A DNA stretch of 57,330 nucleotides from an uncultured bacterium. Its GTDB lineage: Bacteria; Schekmanbacteria; GWA2-38-11; J061. Position numbers and translations under genes: made by a program. The notes below the pieces were generated by a model. It searched no databases, had not been told where the DNA came from, and saw only the letters and a list, made by a program, of their open reading frames with translations. Below are positions 30,166 to 39,117 of this stretch, piece by piece. The stretch is taken from assembly GCA_964549305.1 (NCBI GenBank), contig CAZJVM010000009.1, forward strand, positions 1 to 57,330, written 5' to 3'. Position 1 is the first letter of the stretch. Each line of letters begins with the position of its first letter.

Positions 30166-31370
30166 TCGCCCAAAACTTCTTCCAATAGCGGGTAGTAATA
30201 CTTTTTCATCACAGCATCCCATGAATAATTTTCTTTTACTCTTTTAAGCCCCGCGTCGCCCATTTTTCTTCTCAAAGCTTCATCCTTTACAAGCATTGTC
30301 AGTTTTTTACAAAGCTCTTTTACATTTCCCGGTTCGATGAGATAGCCTGTTTCTCCGTCTTTCACAATCCCCTGTAAACCTCCTATTTTTGACGCGATTA
30401 CGGGCATAGCACAAGCCATCCCCTCAAGAGCAGTAATTCCAAACGGTTCCTGCCATAGTGATGGGACAACACATATATCCGCGCCTTCGTAAAACCGCTC
30501 TACCTCGTCGAATTTAAGCCACGGGGCGATTTCAATATCCTTATCCGTGTCGGGCGGTTCCGAGTGGCACCAGGTAATTCTCAGCTTTATTTTTTCAGCA
30601 TCTTTACCCATATGCTTCATTGCGTCCAAAAGAAAGCTCAATCCCTTTGCAGGGTCATCTGCCCTGCCGGGAAGTATCACGTTGACCTTCCCGCCTGAAT
30701 TCTCTTTATTTTGAGGCCTGAATTTACCACAGTCAACTCCTCCTGGAAAAACCCTTACGTCATTGCTCCAACCTGAAAGCGATTCTTTTATCTTGCCGTT
30801 ATAAACTATTATAGCCCGCGCGTTTCGGTAGGCCTTTTTCAAATCACTTATATATGTGGGAGAAAAAGCCGTTGCGGCGAGATATTCGTGAAGTCGGTCA
30901 ATCCCCATTTTCAGCGCGCACGCCACACAATGAAAGTAATTGTCACGAATATTTTTCCCGCAGTACTTGCCGTCGATAAAATAATTCTGGTTGAAACACC
31001 AAATTGAAGTTGAGTAGAATCGATGGACAACCTTGTATTTTTTCAGGGCATTGGCAATATAAGGCCTCATTACCCCTGACTCTCCTATAAAAACCGCATC
31101 GGGAGATATTTTGTCCACTTCCCGCTTTATTTTCGAAGATAGGTTAAACCTGTTAAAAGAAATAACATTGAATGGAATGGAATTAACCCTGAATGGCATT
31201 TCACCGTCGATTTTTCCTCTGGGAAAAAAACGCTCAAACGAAGGAACAACAAGGGATACATCGTATTTTTCCGAAAGCCGCGACATTACTTCGCACTCAT
31301 CAACCCACGCACCGCCTAAAGGCGGCCAATGGAATGTGAGGCACACAAAAACAATTTTTTTCCTAATCAT
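30162..31370 (-). CDS. GT4 glycosyltransferase
   Basis: WPP.GG, GR....KG, VPSLWQEPFGITALEGMA, GGL..IV.DGETG. Confidence 0.92.
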   Translation of the reverse strand: MIRKKIVFVCLTFHWPPLGGAWVDECEVMSRLSEKYDVSLVVPSFERFFPRGKIDGEMPFRVNSIPFNVISFNRFNLSSKIKREVDKISPDAVFIGESGVMRPYIANALKKYKVVHRFYSTSIWCFNQNYFIDGKYCGKNIRDNYFHCVACALKMGIDRLHEYLAATAFSPTYISDLKKAYRNARAIIVYNGKIKESLSGWSNDVRVFPGGVDCGKFRPQNKENSGGKVNVILPGRADDPAKGLSFLLDAMKHMGKDAEKIKLRITWCHSEPPDTDKDIEIAPWLKFDEVERFYEGADICVVPSLWQEPFGITALEGMACAMPVIASKIGGLQGIVKDGETGYLIEPGNVKELCKKLTMLVKDEALRRKMGDAGLKRVKENYSWDAVMKKYYYPLLEEVLGE

Positions 31371-32805
31371 TTTTAATCGAATTAATCTTTAACGCGTCTC
31401 TGAATTTATCTATTTCTTCTCTGTCAAACACCTTTAAAATGTACAATGAAAGGCTATAAACCGCCAATCCCGATACTGCGCCAAGGTATAGGTTGTTTTC
31501 CGCCATTGTATATATAACAGCAAACATCAACAATCCGGAAATTGCCGGTTTCAACAGAAATTCCGATATTTTCGTATATCTGTATTTAATCGTAACAATA
31601 TAAAAATATTCAAGAGATAGTAAAAACTCGGCAGCGACAATTGAAGCGCAGGCACCGTAAAGTCCGTACTTCGATGTCAGATAGAGAGTCAGAAAAAAAA
31701 GAACGACGGAATTGACTCCGTTCGCGACCATAGCCATCTTTTGATGATTCATTGCTACAAGAATATTGCCCATAGGATAAATCATAAATGAGAAAGGAAG
31801 AATCCAGATTACTATCCTGAGAACATCCGCTGAAACTGAAAACTGCTCCCCGAAAAGCAAAGAAATGATTTGCGATGAAAAAAAAGTAATGCAAATTGCC
31901 ACAGGAATGGAAACCGATGTGGCAAATTTACAGGAGATACGATAAAGGCGAAAAAAATTGCTGTCATCTTTTCCATAATAAACGGAAAAAACCGGCAATA
32001 TAGCAGTTGAATATGCAAAAATTATTATTAGAAGAGGATATACAATTTTGAATGCCGCGTTATAAAAACCGGTATCGCTGTCTGAAAGAAGTTTCGCGAT
32101 TATTACTATTATTACATTCCACCTGAATGCGGTGAAGAAAGAAGATATGGCAATGGGATAACCTTCTTTTATAAAATAACCAAATATCTTTTTCTGAATA
32201 TCAAATACGAGTTTTGCAAATTTTGAAAAGGTTACTCTAAAGGTAATTATAAGTTTAAACAGGGAAACTGCCAGAAAAGTCAATAAAAGGGGCGCTACTC
32301 CGTCATAATTCATTACAACCGTAACGCCCGCGATTAAAAGAAGCAGTCTTTCTCCCGTATTGAGGATTGCGTTGTATTCCATTTTCTCGAACGCTTTAAA
32401 AACGGAAGAATTAACTACAGATATGGAGTTAACTGCGGAAAAGAGGAAAAACAAAAAAATCAGGTACATTGTTTTACTGCTATAACCGAGCAGAACCATC
32501 GTAATTACGATTATAACAGAGGTAAAAACTATAAGAACTGACTGAAAGATTATGGCATTAAAAAGTATAGGTCCCGCCTTTTCTTTATCTTTAGCGATAT
32601 CCCTGATTATTATGCAGTCAATTCCGAATATGGTAAGTGATGCAAAAATTACCGGAAAAGTCGTTACAAGGGAATACATGCCATATTGTGCCGGACCAAA
32701 GACTCTGGCTATAATGAATGTAAATCCGGCGCTTAAAACAATATTGGCTATGTTCGATATTAATTCAACGCTCGTGTTTTTAATTATTTTTGTTCCCTGC
32801 TTCAT
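31363..32805 (-). CDS. wzx: polysaccharide flippase Wzx
   Basis: KIIKNT...IARVFGP..YG.Y, FG, GFYNAA.K, 12-14 TM segments. Confidence 0.9.
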   Translation of the reverse strand: MKQGTKIIKNTSVELISNIANIVLSAGFTFIIARVFGPAQYGMYSLVTTFPVIFASLTIFGIDCIIIRDIAKDKEKAGPILFNAIIFQSVLIVFTSVIIVITMVLLGYSSKTMYLIFLFFLFSAVNSISVVNSSVFKAFEKMEYNAILNTGERLLLLIAGVTVVMNYDGVAPLLLTFLAVSLFKLIITFRVTFSKFAKLVFDIQKKIFGYFIKEGYPIAISSFFTAFRWNVIIVIIAKLLSDSDTGFYNAAFKIVYPLLIIIFAYSTAILPVFSVYYGKDDSNFFRLYRISCKFATSVSIPVAICITFFSSQIISLLFGEQFSVSADVLRIVIWILPFSFMIYPMGNILVAMNHQKMAMVANGVNSVVLFFLTLYLTSKYGLYGACASIVAAEFLLSLEYFYIVTIKYRYTKISEFLLKPAISGLLMFAVIYTMAENNLYLGAVSGLAVYSLSLYILKVFDREEIDKFRDALKINSIKND

Positions 32806-33950
32806 CGAACTTTCATATTTCTCTCAATATATGATTTCAATTCTGAGGCTGTGTTTTTGATTGAATAATTATTTTCAACGGTTTCTCTGCCGTTTCGCGC
32901 CAATTTACGGGCATAATCCCCGTCACTTAGAAGAAGGTTGATTTTATCTTTCAAGTCGTGAGGGTTTCCTGATTCAAAAAGTAATCCGTTTTTACCGTCT
33001 TCTATGATTGTCCTGATTCCTCCCGTAGAAGAAGCAATAACAGGGACTTCGCAAGCCATTGCCTCGAGGATTACAATGCCGAATTCCTCCGCAAGGGAGG
33101 GGCATACAAAAATAGAAAGCGAGCTGAAAAACCGCATAATTCCTTCATCGGGAATTCTGCCGGCAAATTCCGCTTTACAAAACCCTCCGCCATTTAACTT
33201 ATCGACATTCGTTTTTATTTCATCGCTGTATTGGGAATCCCTAATCTGACCTGCTATAACCAGGCTATGTTGCACTTGTATTTCACTGCATGCTTTGATT
33301 AAAAGGTGAATACCTTTCCTATGCTCAATTCCTCCCAGGAAACCTATGCGCCTTTCATCAAAGGGCAATTCCCCTATTCTTGAATATTTGCTTACGTTTA
33401 TTCCATATGGAATAATTTTAACTTTATCACTTTCGATACCCAACCTTTCAAGCGCCATCCCCGTATAAACGTTGGAAGCGATATATAAGTCAGAAGCTTT
33501 TCTCAGCAGATTTCCTGCCAGTAACCTTCTTTTAAACAAATCTTCCTTTTCAATCAGGGTACAACAGTAGAATAGCTTGAGCAGAGGAGTATTCTTCAGA
33601 AAAAAAGGAAAGGACATTTCATTTACATCAAAAAAAACCAGAGCATCCGCGCTTTCCAGACAATCTAAAATATCGCGCTTTTTTATAGGGAAACGGGCGT
33701 GGAACAATGATGCCAATATCTTTTTCCCGATAAGCGCCGGAAAACTTCCCCTTGAAGGGACGGAAACGGATTCCCCCCAGTCATATTTTTTTATACAAAT
33801 CTCATCACTTTTTTTATTATGGTTTATATTCAGTATGACTATGTGATTCCCCGATTTTGTCAGTTCATTTGAAAGGCTTTTTACGAGGGATTGAGTTCCC
33901 CCGGCAAAATTCGATTCATCAAAATAAGTTAGCGCAAATACTATATTCAT
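32802..33950 (-). CDS. GT4 glycosyltransferase
   Basis: GG, IPYGI, RKG, PSLAEEFGIVILEAMA, G.NG.LF. Confidence 0.92.
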   Translation of the reverse strand: MNIVFALTYFDESNFAGGTQSLVKSLSNELTKSGNHIVILNINHNKKSDEICIKKYDWGESVSVPSRGSFPALIGKKILASLFHARFPIKKRDILDCLESADALVFFDVNEMSFPFFLKNTPLLKLFYCCTLIEKEDLFKRRLLAGNLLRKASDLYIASNVYTGMALERLGIESDKVKIIPYGINVSKYSRIGELPFDERRIGFLGGIEHRKGIHLLIKACSEIQVQHSLVIAGQIRDSQYSDEIKTNVDKLNGGGFCKAEFAGRIPDEGIMRFFSSLSIFVCPSLAEEFGIVILEAMACEVPVIASSTGGIRTIIEDGKNGLLFESGNPHDLKDKINLLLSDGDYARKLARNGRETVENNYSIKNTASELKSYIERNMKVR

Positions 33951-34056
33951 TTTTATTATGCTTTGCCGGCAGGCAATAAAAATTAAATATCTACAGTGAA
34001 TTGTAACAGATATTGCTGAAAGAGGTTAGCATTATAGGAATTTTTCAGACCTTCAT

Positions 34057-35049
34057 TTATTTTGTCAAATCCATAACATCATAACAGTCATTCATCAGGC
34101 GAATTCCTTTAATCGCTTCTTCCGAGTTTGTCATGGGAGTTTTTTTATTTTTGACACAGTCAATAAAATACTCGAACTGGTCCTGATAAATATTTGTGAG
34201 AGGCGTTTTAAACTGCAGAGTGCCCAGGACATCGCATCCTTTTATTTTTTTGCTATTTACATGAAGATAGCTTTTTTCGTCTATGTGAAAATGCGCCCAT
34301 CCTTCGGTGCCTTCGATTTTACAGACATTTTCCCATTCGTCAATTCTCGATGAAAGCACAGTTGCCTCTCCTCCTCCGGACAAAGTGAATTCGGCTTTTA
34401 CCGTATCTTCCATTCCGTATCCGAGAACATCTTTCCCCGTTGCGGATTTCACACTGACTGAGTCGCCGCAAAGCCATACAAGAAGGTCTATAAGGTGAAT
34501 TCCCTGGTCAATAAGCACACCTCCGCCCGATTGTTCTTTTTTAAAGGCAAATCCCGAACGGGTTATCCATTGCTTGTGACTGTGACCGAGTTTAAACTCC
34601 GCGACTCTTATTTCTCCGAACCTATTTTTATCAATCAGCTTTTTTAAAAACATTGCATTTGAAGCAAATCTCCTGCTTTGGGCGACCATAAAAAGCCCTT
34701 CCGATTTCTTTTCCGCCTCCCAAACCTCCTCGCACTCCGATACTGAAATCCCCATTGGTTTTTCGCAAAGAACGCTTATCCCGGCATTTAAAAGCTCCTT
34801 GCTTATATTGGCATGGTACGCGTTTGGCGTCGCAACTATGACAATATCCACCTTGCCTATCATATCCCTGTAATCGGAAAAAAAATAAGGGACGGAATAT
34901 CTTTCCGCGACATCTTTAGCCCATTCTTCGTTGACATCGGAAAAAGCTTCGAGCCTGACTTCCGGAAACCTCATAAGCGCCGGAATATGAAATGAGCGCG
35001 TTATCATTCCACAACCTATAATTCCCGCGCGAATCGTTCTCTTTGTCAT
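34057..35049 (-). CDS. Gfo/Idh/MocA family NAD(P)-dependent oxidoreductase
   Basis: GIIGCG, ATPN..H, LCEKP, GGGVLIDQGIHLID. Confidence 0.92.
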   Translation of the reverse strand: MTKRTIRAGIIGCGMITRSFHIPALMRFPEVRLEAFSDVNEEWAKDVAERYSVPYFFSDYRDMIGKVDIVIVATPNAYHANISKELLNAGISVLCEKPMGISVSECEEVWEAEKKSEGLFMVAQSRRFASNAMFLKKLIDKNRFGEIRVAEFKLGHSHKQWITRSGFAFKKEQSGGGVLIDQGIHLIDLLVWLCGDSVSVKSATGKDVLGYGMEDTVKAEFTLSGGGEATVLSSRIDEWENVCKIEGTEGWAHFHIDEKSYLHVNSKKIKGCDVLGTLQFKTPLTNIYQDQFEYFIDCVKNKKTPMTNSEEAIKGIRLMNDCYDVMDLTK

Positions 35050-36026
35050 GCGTTTTTTAACCTTTTCATAAGGGATTTCGGTATTATCCTCAGTGTCGCC
35101 ACAATGCCGAAATAATAAATATAGAAAAGCAGTTTTTTTGAAAAAATGGTCACTAAATTTGACAAACGGACTATTGAAATCTTAAGCCGTATACCGTTAA
35201 ATAGTTTTTGCGGAATGAAACGAAGATTGACAACTTTCATATTTGCGTCGAGCGTTACGCTTTCCGGATTGAATTTCCTTTTTTTGTAAGCGTATCTCAA
35301 ATAAGGAATCTTCATAGGGTCAAAACCCGCTATTTTCGCGCATAGCGTGTCTATCTCCAGGGAATCGCTTCCCGCAATCATTATTCCGCACTCCACAGGG
35401 TCACCGTCAACAGGTCCGTTTCCTTCAAGAGCAACGCGCCCGTCAACTATGGAAAGGTCAGGACTGATTATTCCGTCCATAAAATTGAGCACTTCATCGA
35501 GATAGGGATGGTATTTCTCTTTTAAAGTATCGGGCACACATCCAAACTGGTTTTTAAAAATGCAGGTTATTTTCTGATAATCGTGAGTCTTGAGATTGCC
35601 TACGGAGATAAAGAAGATATCGTCAAAAAAAATACCCGGAACATTCACTTCGTATGGAGTGCCCTTTACAACCATCGGGACTGATTTCTCGTCGGTTAAA
35701 TTTATCAGTTCCACGCCCTCTTCCCGGGCAAGTTCATTATATCCCTGCTTTTCATACACATCCCACGCCTTTCTGTCAAAGCTGTCGCTTTCCACTATTT
35801 TAATTTTACAGCCGGGTTTTTTGTCTCTCAGCAGTCTTATAAGTTTTCTTATAACCTCTATATCCGATATTATCCCCGATTCGATTCGCGCAAATGTGCA
35901 AAGGTTTGGCTTTATCACAATGGTGCCTTTAATATTGTCAACCATTCCGCCGGCAACTATATCACTTAAAAAGGAATCCAATTTGTCCCCGTTTTTTCCC
36001 GTTTCCCTGTATATTATTTTTCCCAT
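35046..36026 (-). CDS. DUF362 domain protein (putative Fe-S protein)
   Basis: VIKPNLC, ES, LKTH, KNQFGC, DG..ALEGNGP.DG. Confidence 0.85.
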   Translation of the reverse strand: MGKIIYRETGKNGDKLDSFLSDIVAGGMVDNIKGTIVIKPNLCTFARIESGIISDIEVIRKLIRLLRDKKPGCKIKIVESDSFDRKAWDVYEKQGYNELAREEGVELINLTDEKSVPMVVKGTPYEVNVPGIFFDDIFFISVGNLKTHDYQKITCIFKNQFGCVPDTLKEKYHPYLDEVLNFMDGIISPDLSIVDGRVALEGNGPVDGDPVECGIMIAGSDSLEIDTLCAKIAGFDPMKIPYLRYAYKKRKFNPESVTLDANMKVVNLRFIPQKLFNGIRLKISIVRLSNLVTIFSKKLLFYIYYFGIVATLRIIPKSLMKRLKNA

Positions 36027-36053
36027 AACTTACCTTTCTCTTTACAAACTTTT

Positions 36054-37430
36054 CTATTTATCAGACTGCATCATTGTATTAATCTGCGCCATTTCTTTTA
36101 AAGCTCTATCGGCATATTTCTTTTCAGATGATATTCTTTGCCATTCTCTCAGGGCATTTCTGTAGAAACCGTAATCTTTGTAAGCGTTCGCCAATGTAAT
36201 TCTATAAGCAACATTTCCCGGCTCGATTTCCACAGCTTTTCTCAAAGACAATAACACACCTCTAATATCGTATTTTATCTGTTCTTCGCAAAGAGCTTTA
36301 TAATAATAAGCTTTAGCTTGTTTTTTATTAAAATTCAATATGGCATCAGCGGAATCAAGCGCTCTTCGGTAATCTTTCATTTTAAAATAAACATTCATTA
36401 GAACAGAATGGTAATCTACAATATGAGTCTTTTTTGCAGTGGAAGTGTTAGCTTTTTTCAACGCTTTTTCAATATTGTCTATGCCGCTGAAATCGTCTCC
36501 CGCATTGATGTAGGCAACTCCGATTTTAAAAAAAAGATCGGGATTGTCGGGATTAAATTCAATTGCTTCGCTCCAAAGGTCTATAGCGGATTCAGTGTCA
36601 TTTCTGCTCCGGAATATTTTTTCGATTGCCTTATATGGTTCTATGTTTTGAGGGTCGTACTTTTTTGCCTTATAAAAAATATTCAAAGCATCATCAGTTA
36701 ATCCGTTTCTCTGCAAAAATCTCCCCAGGGACATATATGAATCGGGAGTTTTAGGGGTTATTTCCTCAAGATCTTCCAGACTGCCCGATGCATCGAAAAT
36801 AACCTGCATCGCCCTGCCTAAAAGTTTGTCTACGAGCATACAGGATTTCTTCAGTATCTCTTTACCTTCATCATAATATCCCATTCTGATGTAATAATCC
36901 GCTATCTTGATGAGATTATACGCGTTATTCCTGTCCAACTTTGCGGCGTTATCAAAAGATTTTGAAGCTTCGGAGTATTTTCCATTCAGAAAATATAGTT
37001 CGCCGATTTTTATATGAGACTCAGCCAAAAGGGGGTTTTGGTTTATCGAGCTAATGTAATAAGACAATGCCCTGTTGTAATATTCATCAGGAAGAGAATC
37101 ATTTTTTATATTTTCACCTGAATTGTCAATCTCGCTCCCCGCGGGATTTTCTTCCTCATCTTCATATTCCATCTGATATTTTTCCGAATAGATATCACCT
37201 AAGAGCATGGACAACAGAGGATTCTTTTTTGTGGCATTTCCTATGTCTCTCGCTATGGAAGCGACATCAGTGTTTTCTATATCAAAAAAATCGATACTCG
37301 AAATTCTGTTAACGGATAAAGTTGAAAAAAAATACTGAAGAAACATTATTCCGAATGTAAGAATAAACATTACAAACACGGATATCGCCAATATTTCGTT
37401 TATGGAGTATGCGCCTTTATTTTTCACCAT
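36054..37430 (-). CDS. membrane-anchored TPR protein
   Basis: N-terminal TM followed by many TPRs (e.g. AIDLWSEAIEFNPDN, KAVEIEPGN); 14-nt overlap with the ligase gene. Confidence 0.8.
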   Translation of the reverse strand: MVKNKGAYSINEILAISVFVMFILTFGIMFLQYFFSTLSVNRISSIDFFDIENTDVASIARDIGNATKKNPLLSMLLGDIYSEKYQMEYEDEEENPAGSEIDNSGENIKNDSLPDEYYNRALSYYISSINQNPLLAESHIKIGELYFLNGKYSEASKSFDNAAKLDRNNAYNLIKIADYYIRMGYYDEGKEILKKSCMLVDKLLGRAMQVIFDASGSLEDLEEITPKTPDSYMSLGRFLQRNGLTDDALNIFYKAKKYDPQNIEPYKAIEKIFRSRNDTESAIDLWSEAIEFNPDNPDLFFKIGVAYINAGDDFSGIDNIEKALKKANTSTAKKTHIVDYHSVLMNVYFKMKDYRRALDSADAILNFNKKQAKAYYYKALCEEQIKYDIRGVLLSLRKAVEIEPGNVAYRITLANAYKDYGFYRNALREWQRISSEKKYADRALKEMAQINTMMQSDK

Positions 37431-38862
37431 ATTCTTTTTTCACATTCAATTCATAGCTTTGACCCAGTTTCACATAAAGCGCGGTCAAAACCGCCAACAG
37501 AAAGGAATTGGCCGTTGTCCTTAAGTTAAAGTCTGTCAGGCAATGAACGGCAATGGAAAAGATTGCCATATACAATCCAAAGTAGAGGTAAATAATCTTA
37601 TCTTTTGACGATGAAAATGCCTTTAAAAGCTCTTTAGTGCTTAGCAATATAAAAGCGGCAAGGACAATCAAAAAACCGACTATACCTGTATCCGACAACA
37701 GTTCGAGCCAATCATTGTGAGCGTGATTAACCCACCCCTGATTTGTTCGTGTAGTATAAGAAGGGTATATGTAAACGAAACTTCCGTACCCGGAACCTAA
37801 AAGAGGGTAATCCTTAAAAATATTATAAGTGCTCATCCATACGGAAAACCTTCCTTCCTCAAGCACATCGTTGGGATTGAGGTCTAAATAGCGGTCAAAT
37901 ACAGGGGTAATTCCCATCCACACTCCCACAATTATTGTAATAAACAGAATAATGGCAACAAGTTTAATAAACTTTTTCGATGAAAATTTAATTTTAACGA
38001 AAACCGAAAGACATATGAGTCCTAATGCAAGGTTCATTATACCTGACCTGGATTTCGTAAAGACAAGCGCGACGGACATTAACACGACTGCCAATAAAAC
38101 TGCTGCCTGACCTTCCCACTTCCCGGATACGGCAAATGTATTTTTGAGAACCTCGACAGTAGTTTTCTTCTTTTTTTCCTTTTTAAATAAGCCGTCTATA
38201 TCGGAAAGATACATCAGATAACCCAATCCGGTGAAAACACACATTTTTAAATAAGCCGAAAAGTGGTCCGGACTGGGAAAAGTGCCTGACAATCTTCCCA
38301 TCTGATGATCCAAATATGTATAATTGAAAAGCATCTCATCACCGCTCAAATATTGGACAATTCCGTACACAGACTCTGCTGCGCCAATTATCAGCAATAT
38401 TATGATGAGGCGTTCCACCTGTTTAAAAGAGGAAAAATAATTCACTATGACGAAATATATCATTACATAGGAGAGTATCTTGATAAGCTCAACCCTTGTT
38501 GACCAGGGGACAAGAGAAATCGTAGTGAATGAATTTCCGGCGACCGATGATTTTAATTCCTGAATTGAAGCGAAAGAATCGGTTGAAAAGAATCCCGCAA
38601 TGGAAGAGGGTATCGGAATAATCTGTATTGTTATAACGGATATAAAAAAAAGCAGAAGGATATCGAAATATGTGATTGAAAATGACAGTTTCTTTGAAGT
38701 AAAAGCTTTAATGAACCAGATAACAAAAATGAAAAAAATGCCCAATTCCATAACCGACTCGGACCAGAACTCCACAGTACTGAATGCTACGGGAGTAAAG
38801 AGAAGAAGAAAATAGATTCCCCCCTCTATTATTCTGTCCAGGGTCTTTTGTTCTGTGTCCAC
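37417..38862 (-). CDS. O-antigen ligase / O-oligosaccharyltransferase family protein (Wzy_C)
   Basis: RLSGTF..PDH, TKSRSG, R..VW, PLLGSG.GSF, HAHND.LE...TG.VG, H...DFN; GTG start. Confidence 0.88.
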   Translation of the reverse strand: MDTEQKTLDRIIEGGIYFLLLFTPVAFSTVEFWSESVMELGIFFIFVIWFIKAFTSKKLSFSITYFDILLLFFISVITIQIIPIPSSIAGFFSTDSFASIQELKSSVAGNSFTTISLVPWSTRVELIKILSYVMIYFVIVNYFSSFKQVERLIIILLIIGAAESVYGIVQYLSGDEMLFNYTYLDHQMGRLSGTFPSPDHFSAYLKMCVFTGLGYLMYLSDIDGLFKKEKKKKTTVEVLKNTFAVSGKWEGQAAVLLAVVLMSVALVFTKSRSGIMNLALGLICLSVFVKIKFSSKKFIKLVAIILFITIIVGVWMGITPVFDRYLDLNPNDVLEEGRFSVWMSTYNIFKDYPLLGSGYGSFVYIYPSYTTRTNQGWVNHAHNDWLELLSDTGIVGFLIVLAAFILLSTKELLKAFSSSKDKIIYLYFGLYMAIFSIAVHCLTDFNLRTTANSFLLAVLTALYVKLGQSYELNVKKEYGEK

Positions 38863-39117
38863 TATGTCAATAAATAATTAAGTATTGTTTTAAAAGCAAT
38901 CTCTTTGTCAAAAAGCTTATTTTTCAATATTACGATAAATTTCAGAAGTGTCCAAAATATTTTTATAAAATCCGTCTAATGTCATTACATTAAATGCTTT
39001 AACCGTACACATAAGAATATTTCAATATTGGAAAACTCTTTTATAAAAGATGCGAGGATAGATTCAGGAAATCTTCTGCGGTTTGCTTGAAACATAAGAG
39101 GATAATTACATACATCA

